Assembly (NCBI GenBank): GCA_051958655.1
Contig: JBQCFW010000114.1
Location: 8,319-72,318, forward strand
Length of the DNA stretch: 64,000 nt
Reading direction: 5' to 3'
From: Agriterribacter sp.
GTDB taxonomy: Bacteria; Bacteroidota; Bacteroidia; Chitinophagales; Chitinophagaceae
Shown one piece after another: positions 10,321 through 20,523 of this stretch. Under the pieces are notes generated by a model. That model made no database searches. It saw nothing but the letters and a program-made list of their open reading frames with translations, and was not told where the DNA came from. Both the position numbers and the translations under genes were made by a program. Each line of letters begins with the position of its first letter. Positions within the stretch are counted from its first letter, which is position 1.

Positions 10321-10809
10321 TTAGAAATCTGTAGATTTTAAAATTTTAGATTTTTTGGTGTAGTTCAATACAGTTTGCTGTACAGGCGAAGATAAACTTT
10401 TAAAGTTTTTGCGCAGATGTTCATGGTCTTGTTCCAGGTTTTTGTAATAACCCAGAATTTTAGGTGCATTTTCCTGGATCATCAAACGTAAAAAACGAAA
10501 TTCGGTATTGTCGGGGTCGCCCTGAAGCGCAGTTTCCAGCTTTTCCTTTCCCGCCTTAAACTCCTGTAATTTTTTTCCGGGGCCTTTTAACAGCCCGGCT
10601 TTTTTCATCATTAAGGCGCCTTCAAAGGCCAGTTGAACCGTTGGATCACCTTTGCCAACCACTGCCAGTTCCTGGTTAATGGTAGCAAGATCGGTACTGG
10701 AAAGTGCGGCATAAAACGATTTACGGTCGGTTTGCTGGGCAAAGCCTGCCTGCCATTGCAGCAGCGTTGCCATCAATGCGGTAATAAATATCGATCTGGT
10801 CATTTTCAT
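10321..10809 (-). CDS. Exported hypothetical protein upstream of darA
   Basis: Signal peptide; AFEGALMMKKAG...FRFLRLMIQENAPKILGY; start at MKMTRS. Confidence 0.7.
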   Translation of the reverse strand: MKMTRSIFITALMATLLQWQAGFAQQTDRKSFYAALSSTDLATINQELAVVGKGDPTVQLAFEGALMMKKAGLLKGPGKKLQEFKAGKEKLETALQGDPDNTEFRFLRLMIQENAPKILGYYKNLEQDHEHLRKNFKSLSSPVQQTVLNYTKKSKILKSTDF

Positions 10810-10966
10810 TGAAGGGGCAAATATACCAAGAATAATGTTTTGCACTTTACATTTAAAACTGCTATAACTTTGATTATTATGATTTTGTAATCAATCTATT
10901 TGTTAACGCGGTTTTAAAAAGAGATTCAAATATACCTGTACACCACAATCCTTTTTATGCCCGCAT

Positions 10967-10974
10967 TATCTTTG
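10967..10974 (+). promoter_or_regulatory. Bacteroidota sigma-A -7 element TATCTTTG
   Basis: Exact TAnnTTTG match 20 nt before the ATG at 10995. Confidence 0.6.
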
Positions 10975-10994
10975 ACCTATCAAATTTTATTGTT

Positions 10995-11537
10995 ATGATG
11001 AAAAAACTATTGAGCACCGCATTTTTGATCTCTGCAATGTACGTTACGGGGTTTTCGCAAACCGAGTATAAAAGTGCGATCGGAGCCAGATTAGCGCCTG
11101 AGTCTTATTACGATTTCTTTGCTTTCTCGTATAAGACCTTTGTAACCAATGCCGGGGCGTTGGAATTTAATGCGGGTGGCGGAAGCCGAAGACAGGGTTA
11201 TTATCTGAATAATGATTTCAACCGGGTAAACCCTTTTAGTCTTTCCGTTTCGGCAACCTATCAGCATCACTTTAAAATTCCCGTGCAAGGGTTGCAGTGG
11301 TTTGTTGGTGGCGGTTTAGTGGCTTATAATTCATTTTCAGACGAAGGTGATTACCGTGGCTTTGGCTTTGGTCTTTACCCAACCGGCGGCGTAGACTGGA
11401 AAATTCCTAAAGTGCCCATCAATTTAACAGCCGACTACCGGCCAACTTTCCTGGTTACGCGACCCGACAAGCAGGGCGACAGCTTTGAAGCCCGCAATTT
11501 TGGTATTGCAGTAAGGTATACTATTGGAGAGCGTTAA
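10995..11537 (+). CDS. Small outer-membrane beta-barrel protein
   Basis: Signal peptide, alternating amphipathic strands, C-terminal GIAVRYTI. Confidence 0.75.
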   Translation: MMKKLLSTAFLISAMYVTGFSQTEYKSAIGARLAPESYYDFFAFSYKTFVTNAGALEFNAGGGSRRQGYYLNNDFNRVNPFSLSVSATYQHHFKIPVQGLQWFVGGGLVAYNSFSDEGDYRGFGFGLYPTGGVDWKIPKVPINLTADYRPTFLVTRPDKQGDSFEARNFGIAVRYTIGER

Positions 11538-11560
11538 TATATCAATACTATTATTAAATG

Positions 11561-11590
11561 AGCCCCGGCAATTGACCGGGGTTTGTTTTG
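11561..11590 (+). terminator. Intrinsic terminator
   Basis: AGCCCCGG-caattga-CCGGGGTT hairpin followed by a T-rich tail. Confidence 0.7.
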
Positions 11591-11661
11591 TGGTTAAAGC
11601 AAAAAATAATTTTTATATTTGTTGAGTATAGATAATATTTATTAGATTAAATTCAACAAAA

Positions 11662-11961
11662 ATGTTAACTGTATTCTCTGAATACAATGCTATTAAGAAT
11701 TCAATTTCCGAATTGATAGAAGTGAGCGGGTATAGAAATGACTACCTTGCCAGGAAGGTTGGAATAAGCCAGGCTAACTTTTCTGCAAAAAAGCAACGTG
11801 GTAGCTGGACTGATAAAGAAGTTCAAAGACTTGTGGAGTTACTTACCAGTGTAAATGAAGAAGTAGAGGATATGCTGATGCTGAAAGTTGCAAAAGCGCG
11901 TGAAGCCGAAACACCCATTACCTACGAAGAATATAAAAAACAACTGGCATCTTGGAAGTAA
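11662..11961 (+). CDS. Antitoxin (HTH N-terminus, acidic C-terminus) of type II TA pair
   Basis: LARKVGISQANFS HTH; EDMLMLKVAKAREAETPITYEEY tail; overlaps the RelE-type gene; TATATTTG promoter element at 11614-11621. Confidence 0.75.
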   Translation: MLTVFSEYNAIKNSISELIEVSGYRNDYLARKVGISQANFSAKKQRGSWTDKEVQRLVELLTSVNEEVEDMLMLKVAKAREAETPITYEEYKKQLASWK

Positions 11962-12209
11962 TATTCGCGCCATCCTATTTAAAAGACCTAAGGGGATTAC
12001 CTAAACACGTTGTAGCCGCTGCCGATGAGGTTGCGCAAAAACTGCACAAAGCCAAAAGCCTGCAGGATAGTGGCGTAGATTATAAGAAGATGAAAGGTGA
12101 GAAGGATTATTACCACATACGAACAGGCGACTACAGGATCATTGCAAAATACATTCGCCCACAGGTAATAATGTTGTTGATAGGAACCAGGGGCGATGTG
12201 TATAAATGA
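11952..12209 (+). CDS. RelE/ParE family toxin
   Basis: 85 aa; MEVIFAPSYLKDL...KKMKG...YHIRTGDYRII...GTRGDVYK. Confidence 0.85.
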   Translation: MEVIFAPSYLKDLRGLPKHVVAAADEVAQKLHKAKSLQDSGVDYKKMKGEKDYYHIRTGDYRIIAKYIRPQVIMLLIGTRGDVYK

Positions 12210-12257
12210 TTTTGCCTTTCGGCTTCTACCTTTGCCCTTTCACCTCTCACCTTTTCC

Positions 12258-12265
12258 TATCTTTG
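12258..12265 (+). promoter_or_regulatory. Bacteroidota sigma-A -7 element TATCTTTG for the GT2-MMPL operon
   Basis: Exact TAnnTTTG match just upstream of 12282. Confidence 0.6.
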
Positions 12266-12281
12266 CCGGTCATTTTTAACT

Positions 12282-13490
12282 TTGGCCCTGATGAGTGGAA
12301 AAGCTATACAGCAAGACATATTCGGCAGCTCAGGAATCTGTGTTCTTATTCCCACCTATAACAATGCCGCTACCATTGGGCAGGTAATTGAAGATGTAGC
12401 ACAATTTACCCGCAACATCATCGTAGTAAACGACGGGTCGACCGATGTTACCGACCAGGTTGTGACCGCTTTTCCTTTTGTAGCCTATGTAAGTTATACC
12501 AATAATAAGGGCAAGGGCTGGGCTTTAAGAACCGGTTTTAAAAAAGCGGTGGAACTGGGGTACAGGTATGCTATTACCATTGACTCAGACGGACAGCATT
12601 TTGCCAAAGACCTTCCCGTTTTCCTGGAGAAAATACAGCAGCAGCCCGACTCCATTATTATAGGCGCCCGCAATATGAACCAGGCCTCGGTGCCCGGTAA
12701 AAGCAGCTTCGGCAATAAGTTCTCTAATTTCTGGTTTAAGCTCGAAACCGGTATCGAGGCGCCGGATACGCAATCTGGTTACCGCCTGTACCCGGTAGCA
12801 GCATTAAGAAACATGCGATTCATTACCCGCAAATATGAATTCGAAATTGAGGTGCTGGTAAGGGCTGCCTGGAAGGGCATTAAAGTATTGTCTGTGCCCG
12901 TATCGGTATATTATGCGCCGAAGGAAGAAAGAATATCGCATTTCCGTCCGTTTAAAGATTTTACAAGAATCAGCATCTTAAATACTTTCCTGGTATTGAT
13001 CACTTTTTTATACATCAAACCCAGGAACTTTTTTCGCTCGCTTTTTCAAAAAGAAAAGTGGCGCTCCTTTTTTAAAGATCACTTATTGAGTGCGCATGAA
13101 CCCAATCATGTAAAAGCCCTGTCGGTTGCCTTTGGTGTGTTTATGGGCATTGTGCCTATATGGGGTTTTCAACTGGTTACGGCCATCTTTCTTTCCTTTT
13201 TACTCAAGTTGAATAAAGCCATTGTTATTATAGCGGCCAACATCAGCATACCACCCATGGTTCCGCTCATCATTTACACCAGTTACAAAACCGGCGCCAT
13301 ATGGATGCAAAATGGCGGGGGCGACCTGTTGTTTAGCGATGAACTTACATTTGAAAGTGTGCGAAATAATTTTCAGCAGTACCTGTATGGCAGCATTACC
13401 CTGGCTGTACTGGCGGCAATTGCAGGTGGACTGATAACCTGGTTGTTGCTGCTGCTGTTCCGGAAAAATGTAAAAACCGCAGTTAATTAA
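12282..13490 (+). CDS. GT2 glycosyltransferase fused to DUF2062 (flexirubin/aryl-polyene cluster type)
   Basis: VLIPTYNN, VVNDGSTD, TIDSDGQH, DTQSGYRLY; hydrophobic C-terminal DUF2062-like region. Confidence 0.88.
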   Translation: MALMSGKAIQQDIFGSSGICVLIPTYNNAATIGQVIEDVAQFTRNIIVVNDGSTDVTDQVVTAFPFVAYVSYTNNKGKGWALRTGFKKAVELGYRYAITIDSDGQHFAKDLPVFLEKIQQQPDSIIIGARNMNQASVPGKSSFGNKFSNFWFKLETGIEAPDTQSGYRLYPVAALRNMRFITRKYEFEIEVLVRAAWKGIKVLSVPVSVYYAPKEERISHFRPFKDFTRISILNTFLVLITFLYIKPRNFFRSLFQKEKWRSFFKDHLLSAHEPNHVKALSVAFGVFMGIVPIWGFQLVTAIFLSFLLKLNKAIVIIAANISIPPMVPLIIYTSYKTGAIWMQNGGGDLLFSDELTFESVRNNFQQYLYGSITLAVLAAIAGGLITWLLLLLFRKNVKTAVN

Positions 13491-13495
13491 AAAGC

Positions 13496-16400
13496 ATGGC
13501 GCGATTCTTTTCCGGCATATATCATTTTTTCAGGGGGAGAAGATGGCTGTTGTTTGCCCTGTTTTTCGGGTGCCTGGCGCTCACTGCTTTTTTTGCGTCA
13601 AGGCTCACGTTTGAAGAAGATATTTCCAAAATACTTCCCAAAGATGCCAGCGTGGCAAAGCTCAACGAAGTGTTCCGGCAATCGAAGTTCATGGACAAGC
13701 TGGTAGTAATGGTATCGTTGAAAGATTCAACCGCCAGCGAACCAGACAGTCTGGTGAATTTTGCCGATGAATTTACGAACGATATTGAACAAACGCTCGC
13801 CCCTTATATTAAGGAGCTTCATTACCGCGTGAGCGACGACATGACGCTGACCATGCTGAACATGGTGCAGGAACATTTGCCCATATACCTTACCCCACAG
13901 GACTATTCCACCATTGATAGTTTGATTGCGCCGGCGGCAGTAAAAGCTACTTTGCAGCAAAACCTGCAAACGCTCAGTTCGCCCGCCGGCTTTGGTTTAA
14001 AAGATTTTATCAGCAACGATCCTGTAGGCATTTCGTTCATTGCTCTAAAAAAATTGCAGCAGTTGCAATACGATGAAAACTTTGAGTTGTATGATAACTG
14101 CGTAATGACCCGCGACCAAAAAACACTGATCTTTTTTATTACGCCCGCTTATCCGCCCGATAATACCGGGAAAAATGAGCTGTTCCTCAAAGGGCTCGAC
14201 AGTGCCATTGTTGGGGCAACAGCTGCCCGCCCCTGGATAGACGCGGGTTATTTTGGTGCGACAGCGGTATCTGCCGGAAACGCAGCACAACTAGGTAAAG
14301 ACACCTTGTTTACGCAAGGCATTACCGTTGTATTCCTGGTGGTTTTTATAGGATTGTATTTCAGGCGGGTGGCAGCCCCGCTGCTGATTATGATACCGGT
14401 TGTATTTGGAGCGCTGTTTTCGCTAACGGTCATTTATTTTTTAAAAGGAAGCATATCCGTAATAGCCGTGGGTACCGGTTCGGTAATTCTTGGCATAGCC
14501 GTTAATTATTCGTTGCATGTTTTCAACCATTACCGGCATACACGCAGCATTGAAAAAGTAATTGATGATCTCGCTTTTCCGCTTACCCTGGGCGGCGTTA
14601 CCACTATCGGTGGTTTTTTCTGTCTCAATTTTGCCGCATCGGATATGCTGAAAGACCTGGGCACGTTTGCAGGTTTCAGTTTGATTGGAGCTTCTTTGTG
14701 TTCACTGATTTTTCTGCCGCATCTGATAAAACCTGCTAAAGCCACATCCGCCAATGTCAGTACACATCACACCTGGCTCGACAGGATGGCTTCTTTAAAA
14801 CCCGAGCACAACAAATACCTTATTGCTGCAATTGTTTTTATTACTGCCGGACTACTCTATTACGCAGGTAAAGTAGGCTTTGAAACAGACATGAACAACA
14901 TGAGCTATATGCCCGAAAAGCTCAAACAATCTGAGGCAAGATTAAACAAGATCAACGAAGCAGCATTGCAATCGGTATACATAGTAACCGAAGGCGAAAA
15001 CCTGGATGCAGCTTTAATGAACAATGAAAAGCTCACCAGCCAAATTGAAACGCTAAAAGAACGAGGTATTGTGAACCGCTATTCAGGTGTATCGGTATTA
15101 TTGCTTTCTGAGTCGCTGCAAAAACAAAGAATACAACAATGGCAACGGTATTGGACACCCGAAAAAAAGCAATTGCTGTTAACCGCACTGAATGAGGAGG
15201 GCAAACCACTGGGGTATAGTGCCAAAGCTTTTGACCGGTTTACAGCGGTGCTCAATAAACCTTATGGAATTGTTGATACAGCAGCAATGGCCGACATCAG
15301 GAAGGCCTTCCTGGATGATTACGTGAACGAACAACCGCACAAAGCATCGGTGGTATCATTGCTGAGAGTGTCGCCCGAAAACAAGGCTGCGATCTACGAA
15401 CAATTTAAGGATGAAGCTCAAACAACGGTGCTCGACCGGCAATACCTTACCCGCAAACTGGTAGCGCTTATTAATGTGGATTTTTCAAACATTGCGCTCA
15501 TCACTTCGTTGTTTGTATTTGCCATACTGTTAATCACCTATGGAAGAATTGAGTTAGCGCTCATGGCATTTTTACCCATGCTCATCAGTTGGATATGGAT
15601 ACTGGGCATTATGGGCTTGCTGGGCATTCAATTCAATATCATCAACATCATTGTTTCCACCCTTATTTTTGGTTTGGGCGACGATTACAGCATCTTCATA
15701 ATGGATGGCTTGCTGCAAGAATACAAAACCGGCAAAAAAAATCTGTCCTCCTTCAAGTCCTCTATCCTGTTATCAGCCGTTACAACCGTTGCTGGTTTGG
15801 GTGTGCTCATCTTTGCCAAACATCCGGCGTTGCAGTCAATAGCCGCGATCTCTGTCATTGGAATTTTGTGCGTGGTAATGATCTCGCAGGTTTGCATTCC
15901 CTTTTTGTTTGCACTGCTTATTAAAAACAGGACGGCAAAAAAGCTATTTCCGTGGACATTCTGGGGATGGCTGAGATCGATGTTTGCCAATGTATGGTTT
16001 ATCCTGGGCAGCATGGTATTGGTAGTGACGGGCGTGATACTCATTAAGCTCAATCCATTCAATAAAGAAAAAGGCAAGTACCTGTTTCATGTGCTGGTGT
16101 CTAAATTTTCATGGTCGCTCATTTATATAATGGGCAATGTTAAAAAAGAGATCATCAATCCGCATGGCGAAAACTTTTCAAAGCCTTCCATTATTATTGC
16201 CAATCATCAGTCGGGGCTCGACAATTTTTTGATGATGATGCTGTATCCCAAACTGATTTTGTTTACGAACGACAGGGTAAGAAATGCGCCCATTTCCGGC
16301 TTTGTGGTAAAAATGGCTGATTATTACTCCGCTTCGGGCGGCGTTGAAAACACGCTTGAATTGCTGGAAGAAAAAATAAAACGAGGTTACTCGATTGTTA

Positions 16401-17365
16401 TCTTTCCCGAAGGTACCCGTTCAGCCGACGGCGAAATGAAACGCTTTCACAAAGGAGCATTTTATCTGGCTGAAAAGCTGAAGGTAGATATCTTGCCTAT
16501 CATCATTCACGGCAGCGGCTACACGATGACCAAACATGATATGCTGGTAAAAAATGGCCGCATTACGCTTACAATATTGCCGAGGATATCGCCATCCAAC
16601 GAAACTTACGGCGCTGGTTATGCGGAACGCGCTAAAACGATAGGGAAGTATTTCAGGGCGGCCTATGGCGAAGTGCGCAACAACTTACAGCAGCCTGCCT
16701 GGTACAAAGAGCAGTTGTTTTATAATTATATTTACAAAGGGCCTGTGCTGGAATGGTATATGCGCGTAAAAGTAAGGCTTGAAAAAAATTACGAGCCCTT
16801 TCATGCATTGCTGCCACAGCAGGGAAAGATGCTGGATATTGGCTGCGGCTACGGGTTTATGTCGTACATGCTGCATTTTGCCGCACCGGGCAGAGATATT
16901 ACCGGAATAGACTACGATGAGGAAAAAACGACCGTTGCCAACCATTGTTTCAGCAAAGATGAACACATCCGGTTTAAGCACGCTGATGTAACGAATTATA
17001 TTTTTGAAAAATACGATGCCATCATTGCTGCCGATATGCTGCATTATCTGCCCGAAGAAAAACAGGAACAGGTGATCAGGCAATGCATTGACGCTTTGAA
17101 CACCGGCGGCGTATTGATCATTCGTGATGGCAATAAGGAACTGGAAGAAAGACACAAAGGCACCCGGCTTACGGAATTCTTTTCTACCCGCTTTTTTGGT
17201 TTTAATAAAGTTACCGACCAGGGGCTTTCCTTTTTATCTGGTAATACTATTCGGCGACTGGCGAAAGAATATACACTTGATTGCCGGGAAATAGATGATA
17301 CAAAGTACACCTCTAATATTATTTTTGTTTTAAGCAAAAGCCATCAAGCAGATGAAGCAATATGA
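13496..17365 (+). CDS. MMPL/RND exporter fused to PlsC-type acyltransferase and class I SAM methyltransferase
   Basis: Two TM blocks with GIAVNYSLH and GLGDDYSIF; NHQSGLD and FPEGTRS (acyltransferase); LDIGCGYG (methyltransferase). Confidence 0.9.
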   Translation: MARFFSGIYHFFRGRRWLLFALFFGCLALTAFFASRLTFEEDISKILPKDASVAKLNEVFRQSKFMDKLVVMVSLKDSTASEPDSLVNFADEFTNDIEQTLAPYIKELHYRVSDDMTLTMLNMVQEHLPIYLTPQDYSTIDSLIAPAAVKATLQQNLQTLSSPAGFGLKDFISNDPVGISFIALKKLQQLQYDENFELYDNCVMTRDQKTLIFFITPAYPPDNTGKNELFLKGLDSAIVGATAARPWIDAGYFGATAVSAGNAAQLGKDTLFTQGITVVFLVVFIGLYFRRVAAPLLIMIPVVFGALFSLTVIYFLKGSISVIAVGTGSVILGIAVNYSLHVFNHYRHTRSIEKVIDDLAFPLTLGGVTTIGGFFCLNFAASDMLKDLGTFAGFSLIGASLCSLIFLPHLIKPAKATSANVSTHHTWLDRMASLKPEHNKYLIAAIVFITAGLLYYAGKVGFETDMNNMSYMPEKLKQSEARLNKINEAALQSVYIVTEGENLDAALMNNEKLTSQIETLKERGIVNRYSGVSVLLLSESLQKQRIQQWQRYWTPEKKQLLLTALNEEGKPLGYSAKAFDRFTAVLNKPYGIVDTAAMADIRKAFLDDYVNEQPHKASVVSLLRVSPENKAAIYEQFKDEAQTTVLDRQYLTRKLVALINVDFSNIALITSLFVFAILLITYGRIELALMAFLPMLISWIWILGIMGLLGIQFNIINIIVSTLIFGLGDDYSIFIMDGLLQEYKTGKKNLSSFKSSILLSAVTTVAGLGVLIFAKHPALQSIAAISVIGILCVVMISQVCIPFLFALLIKNRTAKKLFPWTFWGWLRSMFANVWFILGSMVLVVTGVILIKLNPFNKEKGKYLFHVLVSKFSWSLIYIMGNVKKEIINPHGENFSKPSIIIANHQSGLDNFLMMMLYPKLILFTNDRVRNAPISGFVVKMADYYSASGGVENTLELLEEKIKRGYSIVIFPEGTRSADGEMKRFHKGAFYLAEKLKVDILPIIIHGSGYTMTKHDMLVKNGRITLTILPRISPSNETYGAGYAERAKTIGKYFRAAYGEVRNNLQQPAWYKEQLFYNYIYKGPVLEWYMRVKVRLEKNYEPFHALLPQQGKMLDIGCGYGFMSYMLHFAAPGRDITGIDYDEEKTTVANHCFSKDEHIRFKHADVTNYIFEKYDAIIAADMLHYLPEEKQEQVIRQCIDALNTGGVLIIRDGNKELEERHKGTRLTEFFSTRFFGFNKVTDQGLSFLSGNTIRRLAKEYTLDCREIDDTKYTSNIIFVLSKSHQADEAI

Positions 17366-18863
17366 CGTAGTGATCATAGGAAGTGGTATTGGGGGACTGA
17401 TATGCGGTAACCTGCTGGCAAAGGAGGGGCTGCATGTATGCGTGCTGGAAAAGAACAAACAGATCGGCGGAAGTCTTCAAACATTTTCAAGAGAAAAAAC
17501 CATTTTTGATTCAGGTGTTCATTATGTGGGAGGATTGGCGGAAGGACAAAATCTTTACCAGGTGTTTAAATACCTGGGATTGATGGATAAACTGAAATTG
17601 CAGCGCATGGATGAAAATGGTTTTGACAGGATTATTATTGACGACGATGAACAGGAATACAGATTGGCGCAGGGATATGAGAATTTCATTCAGCAACTCG
17701 TAGCTTTTTTCCCCGACGAAGAAGCTGCTATACGCGAATATTGCAGGTGGGTAAAAGATGTGTGCAATAAATTTCCGCTGTATAATTTGCGTACGAACGG
17801 CTTATACGAAGAAAAGGCAGAAGTGTTGCAGATAGATACAAAAACATTGATTGAATCGCTTACCGATAATAAAAAACTGCAGGCGGTGCTGGTGGGCAAC
17901 AATGCCTTGTATGTAGGTATACCGTATGAAACGCCTTTTTATGTGCATGCGTTGATAGTGAACAGCTATATTGAAAGTGCCTGGAAATGTGTAGACGGCG
18001 GATCGCAGATTGGCAAGCTGCTTGCCCGCAACATAAGAGAAGCTGGCGGAGAAGTGATAAGGCATTGCGAAGTGATAAAGCTGCAGGTGGAAGACGGCAG
18101 GGTAGCTTATGCAGAAGCGGCTAATGGCGACCGTTATTATGGTAAAGATTTTATTTCGAACATCCATCCTTCCAAAACACTGGAAATTACCGAAACCGAA
18201 TTGATACGGAAAGCCTATCGCCACAGGCTCGGCAGCCTGGAGCATACCATCTCTTCTTTTTTAGTACACATTGTGCTGAAGCCAGACTGTTTTCGTTACT
18301 TTAAACACAATTACTATTACCATAAAGAAGGCGAAATATGGAACCTGGCTGATTATACCGAAGACAATTGGCCGCTGGGTTATGCATTGTTTGTTCCTCC
18401 CTCATCAAAAACAAACCAATATGCAGACGCCATGACCATTTTTACCTACATGCGTTATGAAGAAGTGGCTCCCTGGGCGCATACTTTTAACACGGTTTCT
18501 GCCGAAGAAGACAGGGGAGCATCGTATGCTGCTTTTAAAAAATACAAAGCAGCAATATTGCTAGACCTGGTGGAAGAAAGATTTCCGGGATTGAAAAACT
18601 GTATTCAGTCATATACAACTTCTACACCATTGTCATATCGCGATTATATCGGCAATTACGACGGATCGTTGTATGGCATTGCAAAAGATCATAAAGATCC
18701 TTTGAAAACGTTTATTTCACCCCGTACCAAAATCCCCAATCTTTATCTTACAGGACAAAACATCAACATACATGGTGTGTTGGGTTCTACCATCAGCGGG
18801 TTGTTAACCTGCATAACATTATTGGGCAACGAAAATATTGTTGAAAAAATTAAAGATGCGTAA
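17352..18863 (+). CDS. Phytoene-dehydrogenase-like NAD(P)/FAD oxidoreductase (flexirubin-cluster type)
   Basis: IIGSGIGG Rossmann motif, FDSGVHYVGG, LYLTGQNINIHGVLG. Confidence 0.88.
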   Translation: MKQYDVVIIGSGIGGLICGNLLAKEGLHVCVLEKNKQIGGSLQTFSREKTIFDSGVHYVGGLAEGQNLYQVFKYLGLMDKLKLQRMDENGFDRIIIDDDEQEYRLAQGYENFIQQLVAFFPDEEAAIREYCRWVKDVCNKFPLYNLRTNGLYEEKAEVLQIDTKTLIESLTDNKKLQAVLVGNNALYVGIPYETPFYVHALIVNSYIESAWKCVDGGSQIGKLLARNIREAGGEVIRHCEVIKLQVEDGRVAYAEAANGDRYYGKDFISNIHPSKTLEITETELIRKAYRHRLGSLEHTISSFLVHIVLKPDCFRYFKHNYYYHKEGEIWNLADYTEDNWPLGYALFVPPSSKTNQYADAMTIFTYMRYEEVAPWAHTFNTVSAEEDRGASYAAFKKYKAAILLDLVEERFPGLKNCIQSYTTSTPLSYRDYIGNYDGSLYGIAKDHKDPLKTFISPRTKIPNLYLTGQNINIHGVLGSTISGLLTCITLLGNENIVEKIKDA

Positions 18864-20523
18864 ACTAAAGGCGATAGGGAAGTGGCTGCTGTACATACTG
18901 GGTGGAATACTGGTATTGCTTTTGTGCGGCTTTATATACCTAATATATGTAAGCAAGGTCGATTCACCGGCTGTTGCCAATAACGCTATTGCCGCGGCAC
19001 AACGCACCGACCATGGTAATGGTTTTTACAGTTACAATAACAACTGGTTTCGCAAAAGCAAAACGGGCTTGTATGAGTTGTATGTGGAAGGAGATGCGTT
19101 TGAGCGCGGCGTTATCAATGGCAAACTGAGTAAAGAGCTGGTGGTGGCGCAGGAAGATTATTTTAATGCACAGATCAGCAAAATGATCCCTTCGCGTTCC
19201 TACCTGCATTTTTTAAAGTATGTTATTGGCTGGTTCAACCGCAACCTCGACAAGAATGTAACAGAGGAATACAAGAAGGAGATTTACGGCATATCATTAT
19301 CCGCCTCCGATCAATACGATTATATCGGCTCCAATTACCAGCGCATACTCAATTACCACGCGGCTCACGATATAGGCCATGCGCTGCAGAATATGGCTTT
19401 GGTGGGTTGCACTTCGTTTGGTACCTGGGGCGCAGCATCGGAAGACAGCACTTTGATTATTGGCAGAAATTTTGACTTTTATGTGGGGGACGATTTTGCT
19501 AAAAACAAAATTGTGCTGTTTGAAAACCCAACACAGGGATATAAGTTTATGAGCATTACCTGGGGTGGTTTTATAGGTGTGGTATCGGGTATGAATGAAA
19601 AGGGGTTAACCGTTACCATTAACGCAGCCAAAAGCGGTATTCCCGCCGGATCGGCCACGCCTGTATCGCTGGTAGCAAGAGAGATACTGCAATATGCTTC
19701 CAACATTAAAGAAGCCACTGATATAGCACGCAAAAGAACCATGTTTGTTTCCGAATCGTTTTTGGTTGGCAGCGCGGCAGATAACAAAGCTGTGATCATT
19801 GAAAAAACACCTGATACCCTTGACGTATACGATCCGCATGCGGACCAGATATTGTGCGCCAATCATTTTCAGAGCAAGGCTTTGGGCGGATCGGAACCCA
19901 ATATAGAGCAGCTGAAAATGAGCGCTTCGCCTTACCGTTACAAACGATTGCAGGAGCTGGTGCAGGAAAAGGGAAAGAACACCGTACAAAAAACCGCCGA
20001 AATTTTGCGCGACAGAAAGGGATTGAACGATGCGGATATAGGGGTGGGAAACGAAAAGGCATTGAACCAACTGATAGCGCATCATGCCGTGATATTTGAA
20101 CCTGCAAAATTACTGGTATGGGTATCCGCATCTCCTTATCAGTTGGGAGAATTTGTTGCCTACGACCTGAAAAAAATATTTTCCATGCAGGGAATGCAAA
20201 CCAATGTTGAAGTAAGAGACAGTGCGCTTTCTTTACCTGCCGATACATTTTTGTTGTCACAACAATACAGGGATTTTGAAAAGTACCGTTATTACAAAAT
20301 GGAAATAGCGGAGGGAAACGAGATAAACGTCGACAGTCTCATCAGCAGCAACCCGCAGTTGTATCATACTTATGTACTGGCGGGCAATTATTATTTTGCA
20401 CGTAAACAATACAAGGAATCCATTCCCTATTATCAAAAAGCATTAACTAAAGAAGTGGCCACCGAAACCGAAAGAGAGCAAATCAAAAAACAAATAGAGG
20501 CAGCACAAAAGCAATTGCAATGA
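18856..20523 (+). CDS. C45 family Ntn hydrolase/acyltransferase with C-terminal TPR-like helices
   Basis: LVGC|TSFG nucleophile Cys, GRNFDF, SGMNEKG; C-terminal YVLAGNYYFARKQYKESIPYYQKAL. Confidence 0.85.
   Translation: MRKLKAIGKWLLYILGGILVLLLCGFIYLIYVSKVDSPAVANNAIAAAQRTDHGNGFYSYNNNWFRKSKTGLYELYVEGDAFERGVINGKLSKELVVAQEDYFNAQISKMIPSRSYLHFLKYVIGWFNRNLDKNVTEEYKKEIYGISLSASDQYDYIGSNYQRILNYHAAHDIGHALQNMALVGCTSFGTWGAASEDSTLIIGRNFDFYVGDDFAKNKIVLFENPTQGYKFMSITWGGFIGVVSGMNEKGLTVTINAAKSGIPAGSATPVSLVAREILQYASNIKEATDIARKRTMFVSESFLVGSAADNKAVIIEKTPDTLDVYDPHADQILCANHFQSKALGGSEPNIEQLKMSASPYRYKRLQELVQEKGKNTVQKTAEILRDRKGLNDADIGVGNEKALNQLIAHHAVIFEPAKLLVWVSASPYQLGEFVAYDLKKIFSMQGMQTNVEVRDSALSLPADTFLLSQQYRDFEKYRYYKMEIAEGNEINVDSLISSNPQLYHTYVLAGNYYFARKQYKESIPYYQKALTKEVATETEREQIKKQIEAAQKQLQ

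Noticed and set aside
17352-18863. Carotenoid desaturase crtI
   Set aside because: No crtB/crtY; the context (GT2, MMPL, C45, dar) matches flexirubin-type oxidoreductases.
13727-20260. Many 60-160 aa antisense or alternate-frame ORFs in the supplied track (here and across the window)
   Set aside because: All lie inside longer, motif-supported genes and show no family signatures.
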